Positions 17,780-27,038 of a stretch of 64,000 nt of DNA are shown here, in pieces. Under the pieces are notes generated by a model. It worked only from the letters and a program-made list of their open reading frames with translations. It was not told where the DNA came from and ran no database searches. The stretch is from NCBI GenBank assembly GCA_003327435.1, contig QOQV01000004.1, positions 1,037 to 65,036 of the forward strand. Direction: 5' to 3'. A program made the position numbers and the translations under genes. Position 1 is the first letter of the stretch. Every line of letters begins with the position of its first letter. The stretch is from Ignavibacteriota bacterium. GTDB taxonomy: Bacteria > Bacteroidota > Ignavibacteria > UBA10030 > BY39.

Positions 17780-20321
17780 ATCTCAGTTGTTTTAAAAATT
17801 CATTAAGTTTTTTTACTTCCTGGTCTCTTTCGGTTAATAGTTCTTTTAAAGAGATTTTGTATTTATCCCACAGTTTTTCAAAAACTTTTATCAGCTCCTT
17901 CTTTTCAGCGTTTATGTGTTTTTCTAACCCTTGTTTTATGGTTTCTTTAAATTTTTCCAGAATCAACTCTTTTGCCTCTTTTTCTGTCAATGTTTCTCTT
18001 TTTTGGTCAATTTTTCCTTCTTTAACCTTAATTTCTTGTTTGGTAGTTTTATCTTTTTTATATATCCCTTTCAATTCTTTTTGCTTTGCATCTAATTTCT
18101 CTTTTTGTTCCTTAAGTTTCTTATCAATATCATTGATTTTTTTGTGTAGTTCCCATATTTCTTTAATTGTTTTCTTTGCAAATTCGGATAGTGCCTCCCC
18201 ATTTAGTTTTGTTTGGATCGTTAATATTTTTTTATTCACTTTGTAATTTTTAGGTGCAATTAAAATATCTTTTATTTGATATTTTAAATAATCTTTTACC
18301 TTCTTTGCTGTTTTATCTCCTAAATCTTCCTCATCCCAGTCTTCCACTTCTTCCAGAATCTCGTTTAATTCTCCTTCTACCTGTGCAATATTGCTTTCAA
18401 TCTCTTCTATCCCTTCTAAATCTTCTGTAAAAAATTTTTTCTGAATCATCTCTTCATCAATAAGCATTTTACTCCAACCAGACGAAACCACAGTTTTAAA
18501 ATCATATTTTAACTCTTCCCACCAGTTGACAAATACACCAGCAATCTTAAATTCATCAAGAAGTCCTAAAGGCAGTAAAGCGTCTTTTAAACTATCCAAG
18601 GCTTTTTCTCTGAAATTCCAGAGATTATTATTTTCTGGAAATGCCTCAATATCTTCTTCAACATCATCCCACCATTCGTTTAGTTTATGGAAATGTCTAT
18701 CATACGTTTCTTTTACACCTTCGTAATTTTCAATAACTTCTTTTATTTTGTTTTTTTCATCAATATCACTTACAAAGTCCAGGCTTTCATTATCTATTTC
18801 AGTAAATAACTTATCAACCTTAAGATTAAACTTCTCCATCTGTTGTTTATAAAGCTCAAGCTCCTGTTTTGGTATGTATCCGCTTATATGGTAATGAACA
18901 TTTTCTATTTCTGGTTCGGGCGAATTATCCACGTACCTGCGAATATTCAAATTAAAATCATTCTCCTCAATTTCTTTGATTTTTACAAGCCTTGAATATT
19001 TTGGAATTTCTAAGGTATTATCAAACACAGTAACAATCTTTTCAATATCCTCTGGTCGTAAATAATTTTGATTTCTGCCTTCTCCATAGTCTCTGTCTGC
19101 GTTGATAAATAAAATCTTGTTCTTAAGATGCTCTGGCTTTTTTTTGTTGATGACAACAATACAAGCTGGAATGCCAGTATTATAGAAAAGTTTTGATGGT
19201 AAGCCAATTATTGCCTGAATAATATCATCTTTCACCATCCCTTCTCTTATAACCTTTTCCTGGCCGCCTCTAAATAAAACACCATGGGGCATAACACTTG
19301 CCATGATACCATCTGGCTTTAAACTGGCAACCATATGCTGCAAGAACATCAAATCAGCTTTTTTCCCAGTCTCTGGCGTAAAGCCATATTTAAACCTTTC
19401 AGGGAACTGCATATTTGCTCTTGTGTAGTTTTGAGAAAAAGGCGGATTTGCTAAAACTCTATCAAATTGTCTAATGTAACCATTCTCAACAAACTTTGGT
19501 GTAGTAAGTGTGTCCTCATTCTCAATATGTGCATCCGGGATATCGTGAAGAATCATGTTCATCTTACAAATAGACCATGTTACTCCATTATTTTCCTGTC
19601 CATATAGAGCTAAATTCTTAGGATTTTGCCCTTTTTCTTCCACATATTGTCTTGCTTCAATCAAAAAGCCACCAGATCCCACTGTCGGGTCGTAAATTCT
19701 CATGCCCTCCTGGGGTTTTACAAGCCTTACCATTAAGGTTTTCACATGCGCAGGAGTATAAAACTCGCCTCCTTTTTTACCTGCAGAGTCGGCAAATTCT
19801 TTTAATAAATATTCATAAGCAGCTCCGAGAAGGTCTGGGAATTCAAAATCCTCGTTTCTTAAACGGTAGTTATTAAAATGGTGAATTAAGTCGATAAGTT
19901 GCTGGTCTTTCAAGCGGGTTTTGCCCTTGGTAGCATTGAAATCTATATGTTTTAAAACGCCATCAAGTTCCGGGTTTGCTTCTTCCATTGCAGCAAGTGC
20001 TTTGTTAAGCTGGTTGCCAACATCTTCTTTTAAGTTAAGAATATTTTTCCATCTGGATTTTTCTGGAACAAAAAAGGTATCGCCATATGTATTTGGATCT
20101 TCTAAAAGTTCTTTTATTTCTTTTTCAGTACGTCCCTGATTTTTGAATACTTCAGCAAGCTTTTCTCGTTTTTCCTCAAACACATCCGACATACGCTTCA
20201 AAAAAAGCATACCAAAGATGTACTCTTTATATTCAGAAGCATCCATTTTGCCTCTTAAAATGTCGGCAGCTTTGAAGAGATGATTTTCAAGTTGCCTTAG
20301 CGTAATTTTTTCGTTGTTCAT
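17766..20321 (-). CDS. hsdM: Type I restriction-modification methyltransferase subunit (HsdM), long form with a ~330-aa Lys/Glu-rich coiled-coil C-terminal extension.
   Basis: 851-aa ORF. It has an HsdM N-terminal domain, SAM-binding motif I ([11 protein letters not shown]) and catalytic NPPF (LANPPFS). Residues ~520-851 are K/E-rich and helical. Confidence 0.8.
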   Translation of the reverse strand: MNNEKITLRQLENHLFKAADILRGKMDASEYKEYIFGMLFLKRMSDVFEEKREKLAEVFKNQGRTEKEIKELLEDPNTYGDTFFVPEKSRWKNILNLKEDVGNQLNKALAAMEEANPELDGVLKHIDFNATKGKTRLKDQQLIDLIHHFNNYRLRNEDFEFPDLLGAAYEYLLKEFADSAGKKGGEFYTPAHVKTLMVRLVKPQEGMRIYDPTVGSGGFLIEARQYVEEKGQNPKNLALYGQENNGVTWSICKMNMILHDIPDAHIENEDTLTTPKFVENGYIRQFDRVLANPPFSQNYTRANMQFPERFKYGFTPETGKKADLMFLQHMVASLKPDGIMASVMPHGVLFRGGQEKVIREGMVKDDIIQAIIGLPSKLFYNTGIPACIVVINKKKPEHLKNKILFINADRDYGEGRNQNYLRPEDIEKIVTVFDNTLEIPKYSRLVKIKEIEENDFNLNIRRYVDNSPEPEIENVHYHISGYIPKQELELYKQQMEKFNLKVDKLFTEIDNESLDFVSDIDEKNKIKEVIENYEGVKETYDRHFHKLNEWWDDVEEDIEAFPENNNLWNFREKALDSLKDALLPLGLLDEFKIAGVFVNWWEELKYDFKTVVSSGWSKMLIDEEMIQKKFFTEDLEGIEEIESNIAQVEGELNEILEEVEDWDEEDLGDKTAKKVKDYLKYQIKDILIAPKNYKVNKKILTIQTKLNGEALSEFAKKTIKEIWELHKKINDIDKKLKEQKEKLDAKQKELKGIYKKDKTTKQEIKVKEGKIDQKRETLTEKEAKELILEKFKETIKQGLEKHINAEKKELIKVFEKLWDKYKISLKELLTERDQEVKKLNEFLKQLRYAHE

Positions 20322-20338
20322 TTTTTATTCTACTTTTA

Positions 20339-20515
20339 ATTAATAGAATTTGTAATTTGTATAATCTGTTTACAGTTCACTTTAAGCAATTCCTCAATCT
20401 TGCGGTAGTATCTTGATTTTATTCTCATTAAATTGATAAAACCGCCTGTGCCTTCAATCTTGGCGCCGATAAATACATCCTGTAATGCTTTGTAAAATTT
20501 TTGTTCTTTGGCCAT
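20339..20515 (-). CDS. Small 58-aa ORF of unknown function immediately upstream of hsdM. It is not in the supplied ORF track, being under 60 aa.
   Basis: Reverse-strand ATG at 20515 to TAA at 20339-20341. Translation: MAKEQKFYKALQDVFIGAKIEGTGGFINLMRIKSRYYRKIEELLKVNCKQIIQITNSIN. No recognisable family. Confidence 0.25.
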
Positions 20516-20818
20516 GCTATTACCTTATTATTTATAAATCTTTTTGTTTTTAAGTCCATAAAAAGCCCCGCATGTAAATTTCCGGTCTCCTTTCGTAAAA
20601 GTCAGATTTTCGAATTGCACATAACGGATATTTATTTGAAACATTTGGCATTTCGGAGCACAAACCCTTCAAGTTACAACAATTTTTGATACGAGGTAAA
20701 ATGTTCGTTAACCCACTTACTGACAAATGTTTTAAATATGATGTTATCTGCCCTTGCAGGAATATCCTTAGAAGAGATTTTGAATACTTAACTTTCATCT
20801 GTGACTTATTTTTACTTG

Positions 20819-21292
20819 CTATCTTATATTACTGCCATCAGGTGGGATGCCGTTACACCGACTATTATCAATAAAACCATTAGTGTTTGCTAAAAGTATA
20901 ATTGTAGTTTTGCCGCCAGGTGCCATAGCAATAGAATTCCAAAAGATAAAATGTCCATCGGCAGTATAGATCACTATCCTGTATAGAGTACTTTTAGGTA
21001 TATTAACTTCGATAGATATTGTCGTGTTGTCTGGATTACTAACAAAATTATAAGTGACCGTATTAGAACTACTGTCAGTCGGTGTAAGTGTCAAACTTGT
21101 GAATTGTTTAGGACCAACCCCGTTTGGATCTTGTGGATTACTACTACTACCATAATTAGTAATGGAAATTGTGTGATTTCCAATAGGATTGGTAATGTTT
21201 TCCTTTTTATCACAAGAACTTAAAAAGACCGTCAGGAAGACCATCAATAACATTAATCCGTCAAATTTTGAAACTTTTGGATTCTTTTTCAT
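20819..21292 (-). CDS. Hypothetical secreted lipoprotein.
   Basis: 157-aa ORF. Signal peptide with a lipobox (LSSC), then a Ser/Thr/Asn-rich beta-type sequence. No family recognised. Confidence 0.45.
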   Translation of the reverse strand: MKKNPKVSKFDGLMLLMVFLTVFLSSCDKKENITNPIGNHTISITNYGSSSNPQDPNGVGPKQFTSLTLTPTDSSSNTVTYNFVSNPDNTTISIEVNIPKSTLYRIVIYTADGHFIFWNSIAMAPGGKTTIILLANTNGFIDNSRCNGIPPDGSNIR

Positions 21293-21353
21293 TTTTTCCT
21301 CCTTTCATTTTTATACACAATGGCAGATAATGTATATAATAACGCAATATTGC

Positions 21354-21371
21354 ATCCGTTAGCTAACGGAT
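21354..21371. promoter_or_regulatory. Perfect 18-bp palindrome ATCCGTTAGCTAACGGAT in the upstream region of the lipoprotein gene. Candidate operator site.
   Basis: The sequence is its own reverse complement. It lies ~60 bp upstream of the lipoprotein start, next to a TATAAT-like hexamer at ~21333. Confidence 0.3.
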
Positions 21372-21653
21372 TATTCTTTTTGATTGATATGTGTAACATC
21401 TTTTCATCAATGTTAAATAATTTTTTTTAAAAATTCAAATCTGTTTATGCAATAATTATATTTTTGCTTTTATACATAAAATATAACTCACTTTGAATCA
21501 AAGTATCAAAAATTGGAAGAACATTCTTTAATATTGCAAAAATATCCAGATTTTAGTAAATTGTAGAGCAATTAATTGTTTAGATTCGTGGTTTATCTTA
21601 AGATAGAGTTTAAAAAGTTCCTTAAAACACTATAATTAACGGAATTTTCATCT

Positions 21654-21727
21654 GGGCCCGTAGCTCAATTGGACAGAGCATCAGCCTTCTAAGCTGAGGG
21701 TTACGCGTTCGATTCGCGTCGGGCCTG
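21654..21727 (+). tRNA. tRNA-Arg (anticodon TCT).
   Basis: 74-nt cloverleaf folded by hand. Acceptor stem GGGCCCG/CGGGCCT. D arm GCTC-AATTGGACA-GAGC. Anticodon stem TCAGC/GCTGA with loop CTTCTAA. T arm ACGCG-TTCGATT-CGCGT. Discriminator G. CCA is not encoded. Confidence 0.85.
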
Positions 21728-21732
21728 CTAAT

Positions 21733-22899
21733 TTACCTCCAAACCCCAGCTATCTTTTCACCACAATATTTGCACTTCCCACTCTCAAGATGATTGTTTA
21801 AAATTGAAAAACCTCGCCTCTCAATTATAACTTTTTTGCACTTGGGACAATATGTATTCTCAGTTTTGTTCGCCGGAACATTCCCGATGTAAACATATTT
21901 CATACCGCACTCAATCGCAATCTTATGTGCCTGCTCAAGTACCGAAATCGGTGTATATGGTAAATGTGCAAGTTTATACAAAGGAGTAAATCGTGAAAAA
22001 TGTAAAGGCATATCCTCAAACTTGTTTGCAATAAACCACTCACACATTTTCCTAATTATCTTTAAATCATCAGTCCAGTTAGGAATGATTAGATTTGTAA
22101 CCTCAAGCCAGACACCTTCTTCCCTGAAAATCTTCAGGTTTTTTAAAACTGGTTCTAAACTTCCACTGCTTATTTTTTTGTATATCTCATCATCAAAAAT
22201 TTTCAGATCAATATTGGCAGCGTCAAGATACTTACACAACTGGCGGAGCGGTTTTTCGTTTATGTAACCATTCGACTTCAACAAATTTTTTATACCACTC
22301 TGTCTTGCCAACTTTGCTGTGTCGTAAACATATTCGTAAAATGTTGTTGGCTCTGAGTATGTGTATGCTATCGTCTCACATTTATATTTCAAACATTGTT
22401 TTACAGCTTCTTCTGGCATCAAATCATAATTGGAAGTTTCTTTCGGACTTACCTGAGAAATCTGCCAGTTCTGACAATTCAAGCATCTGAAATTGCATCC
22501 TGCAATAGCAACTGAAAATGCTTTTGCTGAAGGTAAGAAATGAAAGAATGGCTTCTTTTCTATTGGATCAATATGAACCGCACAGGGATTTCCATAACCA
22601 ATTGTGTATAGTTTGTTTTTAACATTAACACGGTTTCTACAAAATCCCATATCGCCATCGGCGAGTTTACATTCGTGAGGACACTTGTTGCATTGTAACA
22701 AACCACCTTCCGACTTTGAATAAAACATTGCTTGTTTTGTCCACTTGTCGAGTACATCAGAACCAGTTGCGGGTAAATTTTCATAGAAGTTCAAAATACT
22801 ACCTGAGGATTTTAACTCATAAATTAGGCCACATAAACCCAAACCACATAGACCCAAAAATTCTCGTTTTGTGTATGTTCTTTTTATACTTTCGCTCAT
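21733..22899 (-). CDS. AmmeMemoRadiSam-system radical SAM enzyme.
   Basis: 388-aa ORF. It has a CNFRCLNC (CX3CX2C) radical-SAM motif and a C-terminal CPKC...CKYC pair. It is co-operonic with a Memo/AMMECR1 gene. Confidence 0.7.
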   Translation of the reverse strand: MSESIKRTYTKREFLGLCGLGLCGLIYELKSSGSILNFYENLPATGSDVLDKWTKQAMFYSKSEGGLLQCNKCPHECKLADGDMGFCRNRVNVKNKLYTIGYGNPCAVHIDPIEKKPFFHFLPSAKAFSVAIAGCNFRCLNCQNWQISQVSPKETSNYDLMPEEAVKQCLKYKCETIAYTYSEPTTFYEYVYDTAKLARQSGIKNLLKSNGYINEKPLRQLCKYLDAANIDLKIFDDEIYKKISSGSLEPVLKNLKIFREEGVWLEVTNLIIPNWTDDLKIIRKMCEWFIANKFEDMPLHFSRFTPLYKLAHLPYTPISVLEQAHKIAIECGMKYVYIGNVPANKTENTYCPKCKKVIIERRGFSILNNHLESGKCKYCGEKIAGVWR

Positions 22900-22902
22900 A
22901 AG

Positions 22903-25029
22903 TCAACCTCTTTTCAAAAATGTTAACACACTTCCAACGAGATTCATTCCACCAATCAGCAATCCAGAATAGACAAATCCAAGCAATGGGAACAGGAAAA
23001 CAGTAACTACAAACGAACCTATGGCTGAACCAATCATATCCACACTATAAATCTCCGATGCAATATTTTCATATTTGCCCTTTTTAATGTTAACAGCGGT
23101 TGCAAACTCAAACCCTACAAGGCAACCAATTATAGATGTAAACACTACAATTACAAAGAAAATTATTCCCGAACCCAGCAAAAGGTTATTTAAAGATATA
23201 ATAACAACTGGAATAAATGATGAGATTATAAAAATTAAAAATTGTATTTTTGCATAACTAATCAGCTTCGGGCTTGGCAAATACTTACTCTGAAAATACG
23301 CACCTATCGCTAATCCAAGCATAAAAACTGCTATTATTAAACCTATCATTTGATAAACATACCCGTAAATTATCTGGAATGCGATTAGCAGAAGAAACTC
23401 AACTCCAGATGCAGCAAACCCCCCAGCAAACATTCCATAACTAATCACATCCATTCTCAGCAAAAAAACTAACAATAACAATCCTAAAAACAAAAGTACA
23501 TACCGATAATCAACTCCAAACTGACTTAGCCACAAAATTATCTGATGATAATAAGTTATTGGATTAAAATCGGTATTAAGCAAATTTGTTTCCTCAATAT
23601 TTTTTAGAATGAAATCGCTTCTCTGTTTTAAAATATCTGTATCAAGATAATATTTGTTGACATATAAATTTTCAATTTTTCTCTCATCTATTAAAGCAGG
23701 TATATTTATAATTAATTCCCCATCCGAGCATATAAAGAAGTCCCTATATCCAGCAATGATCAAAACATTCTTAAAATTATTTTTTAGTGTGTTATAAATT
23801 ACTGATTTAAATCTTCTGGCTTCCGGGCTTAAATAATCCACAGCAGACGATAAACTGTATGATACAACAGCATTAGGATTTAATTTACTTTTCAATTCTT
23901 TAAGAAACTCATCAGTATAATATCGATTAATCTGAGCAGTTGAAGGTTCTGGTAAATTGATCAAAGCTACATCATACCTGGCTTCAGTGTTTTTTACATA
24001 AAGTCGTGCATCTTTTCCAGCGAAAAAAACTCTATTATCAAATTCTTTATCGGAAAAATAATCTTTGATTTTGATAATAAAAGGATTTATCTCCACATAA
24101 TCGATTTTTTTAACATCATATTTTAAAACCTCTTCAATGGTTCCGGAAATCCCACCAGATACTAACAGCACATTTTCAGGATTTTGAGATTGTACCATCG
24201 CATAATGCACAGCTTCTTCGTTAGAAATCGGATCGTTGGTTGAAAAAAGTAGCAGTGAGTTTTCGTAAATGTTTCTTTGATTTTGAGTTTCAGTTATTAC
24301 TAAACTCCCGTACGGAGTGTTTCTATAATATTCAATTTTTTGCTCAGGGAAAATCATCTCTTTTAATTTTTTATCAAAGTGAAAAAAATAATTCCACATT
24401 ACAATTGAGGTTGCTAAAATTAAAATGAATATTTTATAAAACGAAAAATTCCAGATGAATGATATTACTAACGCTATTGTTAGATTGAAGAGAAAGATTA
24501 GAATCAATATTTGAATATTCGATAGATAAATTGAGAGAACTAAACTCATCAATATTCCTGCAATAACGCTTCCGACAGATTCAATTGAATAAACTCTACC
24601 AATTAGATTTTGAGAGTATTTTTCAGAAATTACCGATGATAAATAAGTAAAGAAAAATCCTGATACGAGACAGAATGGAAACATTATAAGGAGAGAATAC
24701 CAAAAAATTTCAGAAATGCTTAATTGAACACCCACATCAAAAATTATATTTCGTAGAAAATTTAAAAAAAATACACTAATCAAAGGCAGGATAGAAATTA
24801 ATATCAGAAAATTTACAATGGATTTTTTGTATTCTTTGAAAATTATTAGCTTGCCGATGAAAGCACCGGCACCAATCAGCATCATCCAGTTAGCTAAAAT
24901 TACCCCAATAACTAATTCGTTACCATAAAAAACTGAAAGGAACTCTCTTAGAAAAACAATTTGAACTGAGATTGAAGTAAATCCGAGGGAAAAGATAACC
25001 CAGGAAAAGAATCTTTCTATATTGAACAT
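22903..25029 (-). CDS. Polytopic membrane protein with a central spermidine-synthase-like (aminopropyltransferase/SAM-MTase fold) domain.
   Basis: 708-aa ORF. It has ~6 N-terminal and ~5 C-terminal hydrophobic helices. The central region (..LLVSGGISGTIEEVLKYDVKKIDYVEINPFI..DVALINLPEPST..) resembles SpeE. It overlaps both neighbours by 1-4 nt. Confidence 0.55.
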   Translation of the reverse strand: MFNIERFFSWVIFSLGFTSISVQIVFLREFLSVFYGNELVIGVILANWMMLIGAGAFIGKLIIFKEYKKSIVNFLILISILPLISVFFLNFLRNIIFDVGVQLSISEIFWYSLLIMFPFCLVSGFFFTYLSSVISEKYSQNLIGRVYSIESVGSVIAGILMSLVLSIYLSNIQILILIFLFNLTIALVISFIWNFSFYKIFILILATSIVMWNYFFHFDKKLKEMIFPEQKIEYYRNTPYGSLVITETQNQRNIYENSLLLFSTNDPISNEEAVHYAMVQSQNPENVLLVSGGISGTIEEVLKYDVKKIDYVEINPFIIKIKDYFSDKEFDNRVFFAGKDARLYVKNTEARYDVALINLPEPSTAQINRYYTDEFLKELKSKLNPNAVVSYSLSSAVDYLSPEARRFKSVIYNTLKNNFKNVLIIAGYRDFFICSDGELIINIPALIDERKIENLYVNKYYLDTDILKQRSDFILKNIEETNLLNTDFNPITYYHQIILWLSQFGVDYRYVLLFLGLLLLVFLLRMDVISYGMFAGGFAASGVEFLLLIAFQIIYGYVYQMIGLIIAVFMLGLAIGAYFQSKYLPSPKLISYAKIQFLIFIISSFIPVVIISLNNLLLGSGIIFFVIVVFTSIIGCLVGFEFATAVNIKKGKYENIASEIYSVDMIGSAIGSFVVTVFLFPLLGFVYSGLLIGGMNLVGSVLTFLKRG

Positions 25030-26546
25030 TATTTTAAGAATTCTTTTTCGTTAAAAACCAGAGCTTCATAAGTGTAAAGCTCTGCGTCTTTCCATCCATT
25101 CCAGCCAATACCAGCTTTATCCTGTGCACAATGGCCCAAAAACTCCTCTTTAGTCCAACCGGTTTCTGTAGCGACTTTTGGTAAAAATGTACCTGAGTTC
25201 AATCCCTTTTTTATGTAAATTCCATGTTTACCAAGCTGGATTTCATCAATAGATTTGATTCTTCTGAGTGGTGTAAGCACAGAGATTTCGATTTCAATAT
25301 TTTTCAGTTCGTCCTCAGTTACTGGATAGAATCTATAATCTTCAGATGCTGAAGCGATTGTCATCTGTTGAACGACTTTGTAAAGTGGATCAACCGGATC
25401 GAACCTTCCAATGCAACCACGCAATTGCCTGTTGAGATAGAGTGTCACGAAAGCACCACATTTTTCTTTTAGATTGGGAGTCAAATCCTTTTCGTTAACA
25501 TCAAAAATTTTATTTTCCCTGACGAACATCTCGAGAGTTTTTCTTGATATACTCAACAGCAGTTTTTTCTCGTTATCATTTAGGTTAAATTCTTCTTTAT
25601 CCATTTTTTCTCTCCTTTTGAATGTAATAGCTGAATAACCAACCACCCTGCTTTTATCCCCGAATTGAACATCACCTGAATTTTTATATTGAACCAGTTC
25701 AGCAGAAATATCTTTTTGATTCTCAAGCATGTACAATAAAACAAGAACCGAAGTCCAACCGCACAAACTTGTAGAAAGATTCTTAATCCCCTTTCGCTGA
25801 TTATCTTCAAGAACCTTCAATAAATTATCTGGGTTTTTAGATAATATTGCATCATTGGTTAATTTATCAACCTTATATGCATCATCATAATTAGGATAAT
25901 GTGAATAATCGGTACTAATTACGAAAAGGTTCCTGTGATTCAGATACGGTTTGAGTGCGTTTGCAATTTTCTTGCAAATCTCGGGTGATTGTGTACCTAA
26001 AACGATAGGTACAATTTTGAATTCCTTTTTTAGATGATATTGTAAGAAAGGAATCTCTACTTCGATACTGTGTTCAAGTGTGTGTGCATCTTCTCTATCA
26101 GTGAAAAAATCATATTTCTGGATTAATTCATCTGATATTGTTTTGTTAACGACAACTTTTCCTAATGGGGTTAAAAAATCGCCTTTGCGATAAATTGAAG
26201 CACCATTAAAAAATATGTGATGACTTGAACCAATAAGAAAAATGTTATCATAATCTTTTGAAGGATCGAGTTGATTAAATGCTGAAGCAGCCACCTCACC
26301 CGAATAAACATATCCAGCATGTGGAGAAATTAAGGCAAGAATATTTTGAGAAGTTTTACCTTTTACAGCTTTTGAAAAAAGCTCGGATAGTGTTTTTCCT
26401 AATTCTGATGCATTGGATGGATAAAATTGTCCTGCAACGGCTGGCTTGCGGTCGACTTGCGAAAAGCTCAGGCAAAAATTAAAAACTGTAAGCAATATAA
26501 ACATCCCAAAAATTTTCATCAAAATATTTTTTATAACCTTAACCAT
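25029..26546 (-). CDS. Fusion of a Memo-like protein (AmmeMemoRadiSam protein B) and an AMMECR1 domain (protein A), with an N-terminal signal/anchor.
   Basis: 505-aa ORF. The N-terminus has a hydrophobic segment. The Memo hallmark ISPHAGYVYSG sits in the first ~290 aa. The C-terminal ~190 aa carries the AMMECR1 hallmark (CGAFVTL...LRGCIG). Confidence 0.7.
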   Translation of the reverse strand: MVKVIKNILMKIFGMFILLTVFNFCLSFSQVDRKPAVAGQFYPSNASELGKTLSELFSKAVKGKTSQNILALISPHAGYVYSGEVAASAFNQLDPSKDYDNIFLIGSSHHIFFNGASIYRKGDFLTPLGKVVVNKTISDELIQKYDFFTDREDAHTLEHSIEVEIPFLQYHLKKEFKIVPIVLGTQSPEICKKIANALKPYLNHRNLFVISTDYSHYPNYDDAYKVDKLTNDAILSKNPDNLLKVLEDNQRKGIKNLSTSLCGWTSVLVLLYMLENQKDISAELVQYKNSGDVQFGDKSRVVGYSAITFKRREKMDKEEFNLNDNEKKLLLSISRKTLEMFVRENKIFDVNEKDLTPNLKEKCGAFVTLYLNRQLRGCIGRFDPVDPLYKVVQQMTIASASEDYRFYPVTEDELKNIEIEISVLTPLRRIKSIDEIQLGKHGIYIKKGLNSGTFLPKVATETGWTKEEFLGHCAQDKAGIGWNGWKDAELYTYEALVFNEKEFLK

Positions 26547-26586
26547 ACTCCAGATAAAATATAAAAAATATTTTAGAAATATGGAA

Positions 26587-26931
26587 TTAAATTTCCTTTA
26601 ATTCATCCAGGAAAGCAACTGCACGACGTAGATGCGGAATTACTATCGAACCGCCCACTGTTAAAGCAACACTGAATATTTCAAACATTTCTTCTTCTGT
26701 AACACCCTCTTTTTTGCATTGGATTATATGATACGAAATGCAATCGTCACATCTTAAAACCATAGATGCTACAAGTCCAAGCATTTCCTTCGTTTTAGAA
26801 TCGAGCTTGCCTGATTGATAGGTAAGTGTATCAAGAGAAAAAAATCTCTTAATTGGTTTATTATCAGTCGAGAGAATTCTATTATTCATTTTCTCTCGAA
26901 ATTCCTGAAATTCTTTTACACGATTTTGCAT
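26587..26931 (-). CDS. Carboxymuconolactone decarboxylase family protein (AhpD-like).
   Basis: 114-aa ORF with a CxxxH-type AhpD core (RCDDCISYH). Confidence 0.6.
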   Translation of the reverse strand: MQNRVKEFQEFREKMNNRILSTDNKPIKRFFSLDTLTYQSGKLDSKTKEMLGLVASMVLRCDDCISYHIIQCKKEGVTEEEMFEIFSVALTVGGSIVIPHLRRAVAFLDELKEI

Positions 26932-27038
26932 TATTACTCCTATTTTTGTTAATCCAAATAAATACTGGCTGAGCTAAATTTCCAAATAATTAAAATAAAA
27001 TGATGTTTTTGAATTTAGAATTTTAAAAAAACCAAATA

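Noticed and set aside
21733-22899. Possible Tat signal (TKREFLG) on the radical SAM enzyme.
   Set aside because: It is Lys-Arg rather than Arg-Arg, and a periplasmic radical SAM enzyme would lack SAM and a reductant. It is more likely an N-terminal Cys-rich or hydrophobic segment. It is mentioned in a finding but not called as a signal peptide.
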